DNA of 64,000 nt from Catajapyx aquilonaris. Lineage: Eukaryota. Positions 36,814-49,190 of the stretch are shown here, in pieces. Numbering within the stretch: the first letter of the stretch is position 1; every line of letters starts with the position of its first letter. The position numbers and the translations under genes are program-made. The notes beneath the pieces were generated by a model that saw only the letters and a list, made by a program, of their open reading frames with translations, made no database searches and had not been told where the DNA came from. The stretch spans positions 62,001-126,000 of the forward strand of contig KZ538020.1 in assembly GCA_000934665.2 (NCBI GenBank). Reading direction: 5' to 3'.

Positions 36814-39610
36814 ATGAGCATAACTAACAAAATGAACGTGTGCAACCTGTCAACAATGTTAAATTTTTAATTAACAGCTACAAAAATATATATCTGTAAA
36901 CCTGGCTCCCCAGTTAATTACTGATTGGCATAATTTATTGATATGGACTAATGGACGAGAGGGATACAAAAATACATCATTGTTATGTCGTGCAAAATTA
37001 CACCAAATAATTAAAGTAATCATGACAAACCGTGGGGCTCCTAGTCAGTTTGGACACAACAATTGCGCGCTATCTAGATGGACAAACACTGCGGCAGCAA
37101 TTTCGCATTCAAGACTGTCACAATTTTGACGGTACACTTGTCCTTCCCAGCTTGTGATCGATACATCGCTGTATCTGTTGAACGACGAAACAACATCCAT
37201 GAGATGGAGGTTTGCTCGCATTTTCAAATCCGATTCCCAAATCAAAGTCACTCCTGAGAACATCTCTCAACGGGTGTCTCCATGAGCCAGATTACTCGAA
37301 AAAAAAGGAAATCCCCCAGACACTTTCAGTCGGAGCAAATTTGGCAGACAAGTTGCAGATAATGAGGCGAATAAAAGTTTGCTTATTTGAAGAGGGCCAA
37401 GGGGCTAGTGGCCCAACCTCAGATTTATTCAAAGATGGCGACCCATGAATTAAGGAAGGTACCCCCCTTTTGTTTGTTCTTCAACCACCGCCGGCCACTC
37501 CGACGTTGCCAGACCAAATCTTCCCCCCTCCCCCCAAAAATATCAATAAGAAAATACTGGTCCGTGTTTTATGACCATGTTTTTTTTTGTAGTAGTAGTA
37601 GGTGGCCAGTTTCCAGCAGGTTATTTACATTCCTCTGGGTGTCCGCGGGGCACATTTTGCCGCAATTCCAACTGTCCTGCGCCATAATCCAATACCGGTT
37701 TGTCAATAAACAAAATTCTCCCCTTGCTGCATTAATAACTGCCCCCTTTTAGCCGCGGGACGCAGCCAATTGCGAGGCCGCAGGCTCACTGCCAACCAGC
37801 AGCTCACCAGTCCACAAGTGGATCACAGGGTGCCTTTTTTTATTCCCATGTTTCAACCCGGTGACCAAAGAACGACCAACATATACCAAGAAAAATAATT
37901 AGCAGCGACTACGACTTTAAAAACGTATGTTGTTACACCCCCAGTAGACCGAAATGAAAGTGAAATAACATTGTCACGAAGAGGCATCAAGCAGCACTTG
38001 TCAGATCGTAATTTAGGGGTGCGAAACCTATAATTTCGTGGGTAAGGCAAACTTTGTTCCGCGTTCACCTGTAAAATCGCAGTACAAGGAGCCATCGGCA
38101 CAAAACCAGGGATGATTGCTGGGAACAGGAGAGGATGAGTGCGACACGTGCGGACCTGCTTCCTCCCCCTCCCCCCCCTATTCACTTCCCACCCTTCTAT
38201 CCGCCTCCCCCCACCTTCAGACTTGGCAACGTGGCTGGAGGCCTCGGCACTCACTCGCCCCTATTAATTCCCTTCGTTTCTTGTGGATGTGCTAGCAACC
38301 ATTAAAACGGGATCGATTTGCTCGGCACAAAGTATATGCAGGCGGCGCTGCCAACCCAACACCCAACCTTACATACACTTAACAATACAACACCTAGAAT
38401 TCAAATTGAGCGCGCTTTCACACTGCCATCTACTGGAGGCATATTTGACCGCATTTTTCAAAAAAATTCGGTCCACCTGGTACAGACTGTTATTCCTGAG
38501 TCCGGGCACTGGAATCACAAGCGTGACGTTTGGAAGCTGAAGGGGCTAGGAGAAGAGTGGTGTGCAGCCAGTCATTCTATCGATCTGGGATTGGGGTGTC
38601 CAGGGAGGCAAGCAGGCGGTTGGCCTGCCTGCATGCAAATCAAAGGCAAAAGATACAAGCTTATCTTGGGGATGGCGGACCAGCCGTCGACTCTGTCCCC
38701 CTCTTCTCCCCCAACCCTTTCCCCCCACGTTGGACGCCATTCTTAAACACTCTTCAGTCTCTGGTGAAACTGCAGGTTTACAACACGTTATGCGTTTGAC
38801 GACCACAGTTGTAAGACCCTAGCTTGACCAATCCTGAGTGGTTGTAATATTGTGTATCTCTAACGTACACTAGCAGCTTTATTTCTTGAAAAAGTAATTT
38901 CACTCATAGCAGCTATAGCTAACATGTAACTTCAAGGAAGATTTGTAAATAAACATGAGGATCTTCTACCTCTCCTCCAAGTTGGTCCCCTTTCTTTGCA
39001 AAGAATCTCCCGATTTTATTCAGACCAACTCCCTTCCACTCCACCGGCCCGAAAAGGACATCCCCGATCCCACCGCCCACACAATTACATGACTGCATAT
39101 GTAAATAAAGTCGACTCAAGTGAGGCTGGGACCAGGGAGCACACTTCTCCAGCCACACAAGTGTTATCGAAGGGGAATCGGCGGTTGTTGGTTTGGCGTG
39201 GGTCTCCGATATTTGCCCCCCTCCCCCCTCCCCAAAAGCCCCTGCAACTTGTGCTCGGCTCTAATAGAAACGTCTCAACCAAAAGGGGGGAAAAAAGTTC
39301 ACTTTGATTGATTGAAAAGAGGCGTACTGACCACCAATTGGTGTTGCACAAGAGGCCAGTTCTACTGCTGGTTGAAAAGGCACGGCGTATTTGGGTGGCG
39401 GCGAACGACAGAGGGCTATGGGTGTGTTGACTCAGTGCCGCAAGTTCCAAGCACGTCCAGCGTTAATAACAACAGGATCAAACAGCCAAATGGTAATATA
39501 GAATCGCCGGCTAATTTTTACTGTGTGTACTTCATTGGGACCAGGTTATAGCCTCCCCCAGCAATAATCGGTGCCGTTCTATTGGTATCGCATGTATAAG
39601 CATGATGCAC

Positions 39611-39715
39611 TGTACCGATTTCGGAGGTGGTACTTTGGGATCAACAAATACCGTCTATGATACTGGACAATGTACCGACTTGGATTTCTACAGAACTGGC
39701 TTGCAGACGGTACTA
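39611..39715. mobile_element. Fragment of the foldback family at 18642-19204
   Basis: CCGATTTCGGAGGTGGTAC..GATCAACAAATACCGTCTA matches ~18686-18732 and the reverse complement of its right arm. Confidence 0.5.
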
Positions 39716-39809
39716 TATACTCACCCCAACACATCTGTACACTGGGTTGCATCTGCCAGGATGAACGAAGAATCTCAGACGCACGGCAATCTTTTTTATC
39801 GCGATTGTA

Positions 39810-39940
39810 CTATGGGGCTCACTTTATCCTGGTCTTGAAGCAGCCCTTCACACACCTGCTCACCGTGGGCCTGTGCGAAGGATTGCTTCAAGCGGCTTCA
39901 AGACTAGGATACAGTGGCCAAAACAATTTGAGCCCCATAG
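39810..39940. mobile_element. Palindromic MITE family A, copy 4
   Basis: GTA|CTATGGGGCTC..GAGCCCCATAG with a small left-arm deletion. Confidence 0.88.
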
Positions 39941-41475
39941 TCGCTACATGTCAGTGTGGTTGAAGAGGGAAATGCCTTATCACAGAAATATTTGCAACTA
40001 ATTGCGACTAATTTACGTAATCGCTTTTATTGCTATCAGGTACGAGATGAGCACTGTGCATTGTTCCTTGCATCTTGAGTGTCAGCATGCATGCACAAAC
40101 GCGGCAATAAAGGACACACTTATTTACAGTCCCGGACGGATGTTGAATTAATTATTATGAACAGTAGGGACCCCTTCATTCCTGTAATGTGTCCCCGACT
40201 TTTGTTCTACGGGGGCAGTTATTTCCCATCGCAAAAGCCTTGCAAGTTTAAGCCCGGGAGTTAATCCCTTTTTCCTACCAAGCGTCGCTATATTTCGGTC
40301 CCGTTTTGAGTGCTCCTGTTATGACAAATATTACCTGACTAATTTGCATAACATATAACATACAGGCCCTCCGTTTTTCATTTCGGGAGAGCAGCAAAGG
40401 TTTTACCTCAAAATAGTGCCTGCAGGACACATTTTTATGGAAATTTCGAAAGCGGGTGAAAAATGAACTGAAACTGCATCACATTTTTTTCCTCCCACGA
40501 ACCAGAAGCATGGAGCAGAGTGTCCGGAAACCTTTATACTAACAGTGCCGCACAGAGGACCCCCCCCCCCTCTCCCTCTCGACTACGCAGTATTATTCTG
40601 CCGCAATTATTGCCGAGTCAATTAGTAAATGTAAAAGCGTTGTGACCCCAGCATTTAAATGAACGACAGTCTCACTCGCACATATTAACATTGAGAATCA
40701 TCAGGGCCGTGGAAAACTTGCTATTTTTGTAATGCCTCATCAATATTAACTAGGGCACCCTTTGCAGATGTCACTGATCAGTTTTTGTCCCAAAAAAAAG
40801 CAGGATCCCAAAGATAAGCCAGCTAATAAAAGCAGCAACTGTTGAAAAACTGGCGAAAATCTTTTTTCAAGGGCTCCACTTATATGCAGTCGGAGCAAAA
40901 GTTTGGTCGTCTGAATCCGACCCCAACTTGTGAGAAGCAGAGGGTGTGGTGCAAAAAAAAGAGGTCCTCTCCCTCTCCTTGGACCATGTCACATTAAATC
41001 TCCCATCGATGTCTGAACCAAGTCCCGCTACTTATCATAAGATTCCTCCAATGCCATGGATTTTCTTCACGAGAGGAAGAGGGATTCCCCTCTATTGCCA
41101 AACTTTTGGGCCCCCCAAAGCCAACCAAGGCCACTCTGACGCCCTCTGCTTCGTGTATGTCATTAACGCCCTGGATATGGAGACGGATCTCTGCCACCGG
41201 ATAAGATTTTCATAAATCATTCCTTCGCTCTCTTCCTTCCCACTTACTTTTTTTTTCTTCTTTCCCCCCCATCTTTCTGAAGGTATTTGACGCAATCTTT
41301 CTGGCCCAAATCGAGCTCCGTTTATCCCTCTTTCCTGCCCTCTTACGACACTTCGCAGCTGACATATGATGCGGAAATAAATGGTTGAATGACCATCGCT
41401 GGCCATATCATCCAGAAAACCCTCTCATAAAATCATTGCTCCTTATGTCTTAATAATAGAATATTCCTAATCCTC

Positions 41476-41625
41476 TAAACCAAAGAACGGTCTGACGTCA
41501 CACCAGCTGTATTTTCTGAGCATGCGCAGAACTTGCAGAGCGATTCAGAGATGTGATTGGAGGGAAGAGCCGGGTGGAGGCGAGACTGAACGTGACATCA
41601 TATCGTTCTTTGGTTTACCGGACTG
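41476..41625. mobile_element. MITE with eroded left end
   Basis: TAAACCAAAGAACGGTCTGACGTCAC pairs with GTGACATCATATCGTTCTTTGGTTTA. The right end reads CCGGACTG|TA. Confidence 0.65.
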
Positions 41626-41640
41626 TATATAATAATTATA

Positions 41641-42479
41641 CAGGGCGGTCACGAATTCGCCGGTAGAGGCATGTCATGGGTCCGAACAGCCCCCGGACAC
41701 TTCCCCTACAATTTTCTCTTATCGCCTGCCGGGGCGTTTTGCATGCGGTGCTCACCTGAGAGCGCCATGAGACCCTTTACGGAGCTATTATGTAGCGGCC
41801 CTACCGGACTACGATGAACTTTATAGGTACAAAAGGAAAGCGCTACATTGGGGGACCCAACATGGTCGCCGGGGGCCATGTTGGGCCCACATGTAGTGGG
41901 GGTGTCCAGACCTTAGTATTCTAAAACCATGGGTCCGAAAGGCCGTCGACACTACGTCTAGGAGACATCGACGATGTGCATCCTTACAAGTGTGGATACC
42001 CCCATACATGCCTGCATTGCTCGTTGCCGGAGCCAGGCGGTTGAGCAATGGTTTAGGAGTGCGAGCGCCTGACTCCGGCAACCAGCAATGCAGGTATGTA
42101 CGGGGGTATCCATACTTATCAGGATACACATCGTCGAAGGCCTTTCGGGCCCATGCCATGCTTCTTCCCTATGCACCCCCTACCACCCACATCTTTTTGG
42201 TTAGTGGCGCTGGTCGTCCGGTGGTTAGCGCGCTCGCCTCTAGACCCAAAGTTGTGGGTTCGAACCCGGCCGAGGTCGGTGACTTTTCTCCGGGTGGCAG
42301 AAAAGTGAGAGTGCGCCTTCCTTGCAGTCGGTCCCGTGTGCTTGTGACATTGCGCGAGTGCACGTTAAAGATCGCCCAGAGTGGCCAAATTTCCAGGAGG
42401 AGGACCACCCCTGGCGTCGGTGTTTAGCCTTAGCAGCAGGAAGAGACCCCACTGATAAGGCGAATTCGTGACCACCCTG
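41641..42479. mobile_element. Composite Tc1/mariner-type element containing nested foldbacks and a SINE
   Basis: TIR CAGGG[C/T]GGTCACGAATTCGCC (20/21) with TA flanks. It contains the family C segment (~41695-41932), a long hairpin (41928-42155) and SINE-1 (42204-42452). Confidence 0.85.
42204..42452 (+). mobile_element. tRNA-derived SINE, family 1
   Basis: A-box-like GGTCGTCCGGTGGTTAGC, B box GGTTCGAACCC (42257-42267), and body GTCGGTCCCGTGTGCTT..GTGCACGTTAAAGATC. A second copy lies at 45955-46216. Confidence 0.88.
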
Positions 42480-43633
42480 TATAGGAAGCTCACGGCATGA
42501 GTTATTTCTGGTATAACTACACTGAACATTTTCCTTAAAATGACATTTTGATGCCTGGAGACACAACTCAAAGACAAGAATTCGCCATATCATCACTAGT
42601 GCATATTGTCTCCTGCCATCCAGACCTTTCATCCATACAGCAGCAATCCATCTACCAACCGACCTAGCTATCCATCCGTCCATCCATCCATCTATCCACC
42701 CAGTGAGCCAGTCATCCAGCCATATATCTACCTATCTATCCGTCCAAATTTCCGCCCCGAGAGCCAGGCAGCCAAGTCCCCCTCCGGAATAAAAATAAAT
42801 GATCCAAAACAAATCACCCGGCCCAATGACACGTCCATATTGGAAAAACGCTACCAGCTGTTGGGCTGAATCTATAAATCCGATACTCTGCCATAAAATC
42901 CAATTTCTCCCAGCCGATGGTATTTTTATGCGGCGTCGAGAGAGAAGCAAAAAGGGGGGGATGGCGGGGGAGGAAGAGAGGGTAGGAGGATGGGGGGAAA
43001 AGCGAGGGGGGTTCCAAACAGCAGTAGGGCGCAAGGGATTCCCACGCTCTTCCACAAGCTTACTAAGGACTACTTGTTGGAGTCCCCGTATAAGCAGACT
43101 CCGACACTATTTGATTCCCACGCCTTTAAGGAACTCCAACACTTTTTTTTCTTTCTCTGCCTCGCTCCCTTTCCTAGGGATTTATCCTAATAGACAGTCG
43201 CTGGTTGTTTATGCCGATATTAATCTGCTGCTCTAGGTGTTGTTGTTACCGTTGTTTTAAAAAAATTTGGGAGGCGAGAATTGATTATCGATGGCATACA
43301 GAGTGGCATAAAAAGTGTGGAAAAATATGGTCATAGAAACTGTTGTGCTAAGCGCCATTCAATTTGTATTTTTAGCTGCTACTAATATCACACAACAAAA
43401 GCTTATATATGCCGGTTGTATAATATATTTGCAAACGTTATAATCAGGAAAGATAATGGATAAAAACTAACTGATGGTGAACACCTGAACCAAGTGCTAA
43501 AAATAATATTTAAATCCTACAAATCTTGACTGATGAAATCACACATACAGTAGTATGCTGTCGTTTGAACCAACAACGTTGCTATACTTCCCTATAGTAC
43601 CCTTGCGATTGTTACTCCTTAGTATAATAATTT

Positions 43634-43995
43634 GGAGAGGGGTAGATGGCCGAGATGGTAACGTCTCGGCTTGCTGAGTGAAAGGCCCCAGGTTCGATCC
43701 CCGCCCGGGGAACTTTCCTTTCACCTGCGTCAGGAGGGTCTCTCACCTGCACCAAGGAGGTGTCTGGCAACCTAACCTCCTGGGGAACAGCACATGACCC
43801 TTTTACCGACATTGCACTTGCACCAATGTTCCCTCCCCAAAAATCCCTATATCCTTACCTCATGTCCTTTCATCCTTGCACCGGAGTTAGAAGAAAAAAA
43901 ATCAGAAACTGGAAGGAAAAATGATGGTATTCCACCCCCCTATAAGGGCCTATGACCCTATCACGGGGTAACGTAAAAAAAAGTACAATAATTTT
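43634..43995 (+). mobile_element. tRNA-derived SINE, family 2
   Basis: A box TGGCCGAGATGG, B box GGTTCGATCCC and an A-rich tail. Homologous to 56262-56597 and 52873-53163. The 3' boundary is approximate. Confidence 0.88.
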
Positions 43996-45870
43996 GTAAA
44001 CAACATTGCCAGATTGAAATCATATGTAATGTTTAAGCAATGTTACACAAAACCTGTTCCATCGTTTTCAAATGCAGATGTGCAATTATTTACAGTTTTA
44101 TATATTTTCCTATGCAACACTACTGAAGTTGCATGCAAACGAGGCATTTCTCCAGCCTCCTATCTTAATCGGAATTGACCAACCTGTACAATAATAGGAT
44201 CTCTTCTAATGAATCAACTAGCACAGATAGTAGCTCCCTCCCTGAACCTAGCTAACGTGTGCCAATAGAGGCAAAACTGGTGCAGTTCCCCCATGCCGAT
44301 TTGGAGAAACGAATCTTGCCGAATCTCCTGAGGAGATATGAGCTATAGGCCTAGAAGGAACCCGCCCAGCCCAGCCCAACACAACCCAAGCCCCAAAGCC
44401 TCCTCCGCTAACCGTAGCAGGTAAACCCCTTGCACTTGAAGCAATTAGAAGGCCTGGACCGCAAGCAAATACCTCCCGGAAACCCCGAGTTTCCTCTCTA
44501 TTTGTCCAAACACCAGGTTGTTAGGCAGGGGCCCTTGTCAGCTATGCCCCAGTCGGAAACACGCGCTGCCTTCAGGGTCAAACTCACTCACCATCTGCAT
44601 TGGGGTGAGACCAATCCAGATCTACAATTCGGACCTAAGTATATGCCATATTCCAATCAGTTCGCAACAAAATAAAGTGCAAAAGTCCACCACTATCCAC
44701 CTCATAAGCAGCAATCACCGGACAAAAAGCGATTTTGCCATATTGGAGCTTGTCGATCCAAAACCCATAATCGGTTTGAAAAATCCGTCCGTATTTGCAC
44801 AGTTTGTTTATCCGGCGTGTATTTCCATTGCGCGTCACGTGGTTGAAAGCACGATTGCCAGCAATTATTGCCTCCGCTCCGCCATCAGCAGTCATGTACC
44901 AACACGGGTCGAATCCAACCCGAATCTTGTTTCGGTTGGATGCGAACTCAATCTGTGGAGCCGTGTAAAGGGTCCCGGATTTCTGCCCTAACTCGGCGCT
45001 CACCGGATTTTCCACATTTCTCAACAGGAAATCAAGCGAATAATTAGCTCAAATATTAGTCTATCTTTCATATCGCTGGAGAATAAAAAGGGAAATAATT
45101 GGATAAATACAGTTTGGGGAATCGGATTCGTTTACGGAAGAAAGTCCCGCTCGAATTAGCTTGCAAAGGCGCCGAGGAGGATTCAGAGAGACGCTGCTGC
45201 TTCCGCCGAGCTTCTCCGGGTGTGTGCTCTGCGCATTACCTCTCTACAGACCACCTTCTGTTGACCCAAGCATATCTTCTCAAACCGCATCTCCTCTCCC
45301 ATTTTCTTCCAGCGATATTCAGCACTGCACTGCTCTACGAACTGCTATCCATTTTTATAATAAAAATACATACACCAATCACATTTTTGTCATTATTAAA
45401 TTTTTGGCATGTAATCAATCGGTGACATTTCAGCAAAAGAATGTCCTAAGGGTTGCATTTTAATTAGGTGCAAGGTGGAAGGAGAGAAATGAGTGTCTTG
45501 CTGCAGGGTTTCAGCTTGACAGTGTATAGCTATGCAAAGAGGTGCCCGCGGGCCTGGCTGTGCGGTACATATATACACCCCCCCCCCCCCCTCTTCCTTC
45601 CTCCTCCTCCTTCCTTCTTGCTCCCCCTTTCATCTCGGATGGCAGGTAGGCGTTTGAGCAAACCGAAGCTAAATAAGGACGAGGGCAGTAGTAGTAGACT
45701 GGAGCTTATTTGTGAGAGCGCATGCATGCAAGCTGGATTGAAGAGTGACGCTGGAGAGTTATATGCTGGATAAGTGAGACGCAAGTGAGCGAGCCAAGAG
45801 AGCATTTGGACACGTCCTTCTATCTCTTATCGCTAGTCTGTTTATGCTCAAAATCACCTTTGTGTATGTA

Positions 45871-46287
45871 CTATCGGTCTCAGTTTCGACCACTTTATCC
45901 TGGTCTTGAAGCAACCCTTCACACACATGCACACCTCCTCACCGTGGGGCCTGTTCCGCGGGGCTTATTTCTGCTGCAAAGGCTCAACACCAGGGGGGGG
46001 TCCTCCTCCTGGAAATTTGGCCACTCTGGGGATCTTTAACGTGCACTCGCGCAAGGTCACAAGCACACAGGACCGACGGCTTTACTTCCCCTCCGAAGGA
46101 AGTCGCACTCTCACGTTTCTACCACCCGGAGAAAAGTCACCGACCTCGGCCGGGTTCGAACACACAACTTTGGGACCAGAGGCGAGCGCGCTAATCACTA
46201 GTCCACCGGTGCCGACCACCGTGGGGCCTGTGCGAAGGGTTGCTTCAAGACCAGGATAAAGTGCCCGAAACTAATTCAGACCGATAG
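45871..46287. mobile_element. Palindromic MITE family A, copy 5 (CTATCGGTCT end variant), interrupted by SINE-1
   Basis: GTA|CTATCGGTCT..AGACCGATAG|TAC, with core arms on both sides of the SINE. Confidence 0.9.
45955..46216 (-). mobile_element. tRNA-derived SINE, family 1, with a 15-bp TSD
   Basis: TSD CACCGTGGGGCCTGT at 45940-45954 and 46217-46231. Minus-strand head GGTGGACTAGTGATTAGC..GTTCGAACCC. Confidence 0.92.
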
Positions 46288-47480
46288 TACGTTTAAAAAG
46301 GAACTATCTGCCAAACTAGTAAGTCGCATGAATGCATGCTACTTTCATCCTTACTAGTTTTGCAGATTCATCCTTATGGGACGGCACCTATATTTATCCA
46401 AGTCACCAGTCATATTTTCGTCAGAAGCCAAGCACCGTCCACTCCCCATCATGCAGAAGTGCATCATCGGTTCTCCGAAAAGGGACCCCAGTTCTCAACT
46501 TCCCTCTACCCCATTCCTCCCTTCCCTTCCAACATTTCCACTTCATAGATTCGAAAGCAGTTGGAGAAAGCTCGCCACGTACGTGGCTCAGTCTCCTCTA
46601 AGTGGCAGAAACATCTTGCTGTTAGCTCTCAGCGTATCGGAATATTGACTCCTGCGGAACCAGCTCCTATCCATTACTCCCGCGCCCCGAATGCAACTCC
46701 AATAGAGCAATGCGATCCTCTCTCTCTCTCTCCCTCTCTCCCTCTCTCCCTTTACCCTCCCCAATCCTACCCACCCATTTCCTTCGCTCTATATGCGCCT
46801 CACAAAATTACCGGCTCTAAAACTTTCAGAATCGATCTCCAAATCTGCGGAATAATCGGTCCCGCTTCACCCTGCTAAATGCTTGTAGCATCCCTTTTTG
46901 GAGAGAATTCGCGCTGAGGGAATTTCTGCATATCCCAACGACCCCAAGGTCTTGGGTCAACCGCAAAAGAACGACCGATCTTTTTTTAAAGAGGAGCTGT
47001 CAGTGTGAAATATTGTTACGTGACACTGTCCTGTGTCCTGTCACTATTGGGGGTGCCGGTGTATTTTCATTGATCAGCCAAATTACATGATGTGGCGGAG
47101 GATCAAATTTGCCAACGTGCTGTACTAACCGCAACGCGGGACTTTTGAGGCGCACTCAGTAATGCCCCGACCTGATGAGGCGCTAACGTGCAAAATGTTT
47201 AAAACAGAGGGTTACGATGATGGCATTTTATTCAATTAGCCTATCGCGTTCTGTTGTTTGCGCTGTGACATTGTAAAACTCCGCAATTGTTTGGTAATTA
47301 GAGTAGAAGTTGAAAATTAGGCCTAAAATCTGATTTTGGCTTTGTGAAGCGTCACTGGTATGGAGCTGTAGCTGTATAACCGCGCTTTAAAAATAACACT
47401 GAAACACTGTCAGGCGTAACTTTAAAATACATCCCATCTTGTATATGCAGGGTGTCTCAACTTTTTTGTCCGAACAGTTA

Positions 47481-47810
47481 GGGGTCGTGCAAATACCACG
47501 TGACCGATTTTAGGCCACTTTTTGACCCCCCAGCGACCGACCGTGGTATCCATTAGAACCCCCCCCCCCCCCCCCCCNNNNNNNNNNNNNNNNNNNNNNN
47601 NNNNNNNNNNNNNNNNNNNNNNNNNNNNNNNNNNNNNNNNNNNNNNNNNNNNNNNNNNNNNNNNNNNNNNNNNNNNNNNNNNNNNNNNNNNNNNNNNNNN
47701 NNNNNNNNNNNNNNNNNNNNNNNNNNNNNNNNNNNNNNNNNNNNNNNNNNNNGACCCCCCCCCCCCCCTTCCCCCCAAAACGGTCGCGTCGGTGGTATTT
47801 GCACGACCCC
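47481..47810. mobile_element. PIF/Harbinger (Tourist-like) MITE
   Basis: Perfect 19-bp TIR GGGGTCGTGCAAATACCAC and 3-bp TSD TTA (47478-47480 and 47811-47813). It spans an assembly gap, so its true length is uncertain. Confidence 0.9.
47578..47752. other. Assembly gap (175 N) between poly-C tracts
   Basis: Run of N. Confidence 0.99.
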
Positions 47811-48995
47811 TTATCGGAAAATTGCGCGTAGCTGCTACTTTGTAAGCAGTGACTTGCAAACGGTGATTTTCCGGAGGAACGGGAAATATTCCCTGCGAAT
47901 CGTAGGTTGAAGTGGCATACGTGCTGCCCGCTGAAAATTGAGGGTCAAGCCTGTAAAAAAGAGGGTCACACGTGCCATGGGATGTGTGACCCTCTATTTT
48001 CCCATTCCCCATTCCCCCGACAAATCACCGGTTGCAAGTCACTGCTTACAAAGTAGCAGCTACGTGCAATTTTCCGATAACTGTTCGGACAAAAAGTTGA
48101 AACACCCTGCTGTATATTATTGACTAATAAATAATTGGTTATCCCATAATAGGCTGGTGATATTTTGTAGGATCTTCCTGACTTGCAATTGCTGAGCTGC
48201 TGATAATTTTTTTATTGTGCGAGGAAATGGGAAAAACCCACATGAATACGGATTATTTCCAAGTTTCCAAGTTCGTGGGTCGTAAGTCTGCATAGGGCAT
48301 AAAAGTCATATTCTGCTGTTATATGTACTTTTAAACATTTACAAACACACTACAATATTCCATCCCAAAAAAAACCCAAAAAACTTCCTATCTGAAACTA
48401 TCAGGCGTCAAAAAAAAGGCGGGAAAGTCGTGCGCGCAAAGTGGGAATTTGTAGAGGACCACTTGTTGAAGGCATGAGGCAAGCAGGCAAGAAAAGCTAG
48501 GCTTGTCGAAAGAGTGTCCGAGAGAGGGGGTCTGGGTAGGATGGGAGGGAGGGAGGGAGGGAGGGAGAGAAGAGATGGAGCGAGTCCCTTGGCAAAGGAA
48601 TGGTGGGGAGAAGAGCCTTATCGGAAGTGTGCGGATGGGCCATTGGGGCCATCAGGGGGATTGCCCAGGTCGACCTGCTACATTCAAATTTGCCACGGGA
48701 AACCACTTGGATAGGAGGGGACGGAAGGTCCACCAGAAACGGCGAATCTATACAAACAAGTGACCCGGTCGCCTACAAACTCGCCTTGATCTGATGGCTC
48801 TCTGCTAAAGGACGGAGTTGACTGGTAAGTCCTCAACAACAAAAAAATGCTCCAGCTGACCTGAACAGTTTCTAGTAAGAAATTTACATTTTAAATATAT
48901 TTCTTAGTCAAATGTGGCTTCACTTATATTACAAATATTTCTAATTCTGCTGCGAAATAAATGAAATAAATTGATAATTTATTGTCTACCATACC

Positions 48996-48996
<1 letters not shown>

Positions 48997-49083
<87 letters not shown>
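48997..49083. repeat. (AGT)29 microsatellite
   Basis: Perfect trinucleotide run. Confidence 0.97.
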
Positions 49084-49131
49084 CTTTTACCAATACTTTA
49101 CACAATTAGGTCATCTAAGCCCCTTTGCCTT

Positions 49132-49190
49132 TGGTGCTTAAACAGTAGGGCGAATACCCGTATGGTATTCGCCCTACTGTTTAAGCACCA
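49132..49190. repeat. Perfect hairpin, 27-bp arms with a 5-nt loop
   Basis: TGGTGCTTAAACAGTAGGGCGAATACC-CGTAT-GGTATTCGCCCTACTGTTTAAGCACCA, extended by TTTGCCT/AGGCAAA. Confidence 0.9.

Larger units (their letters stand above)
47448..48109. mobile_element. Tc1/mariner-type MITE, family D, second copy (inverted relative to 23918-24244)
   Basis: Same long TIR, with the interior in reverse orientation. The left TIR is split by a Harbinger MITE. Confidence 0.9.

Noticed and set aside
43621..43994. AGTA[T/C]AATAATTT as the TSD of the SINE-2 copy
   Set aside because: A similar GTACAA.AA sequence ends the other two copies, so it may belong to the SINE tail; left ambiguous.
4480..47770. Poly-G/C tracts with embedded Ns as G-quadruplex elements
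   Set aside because: They coincide with sequencing dropouts, so lengths are unreliable, and such tracts are common throughout this window.
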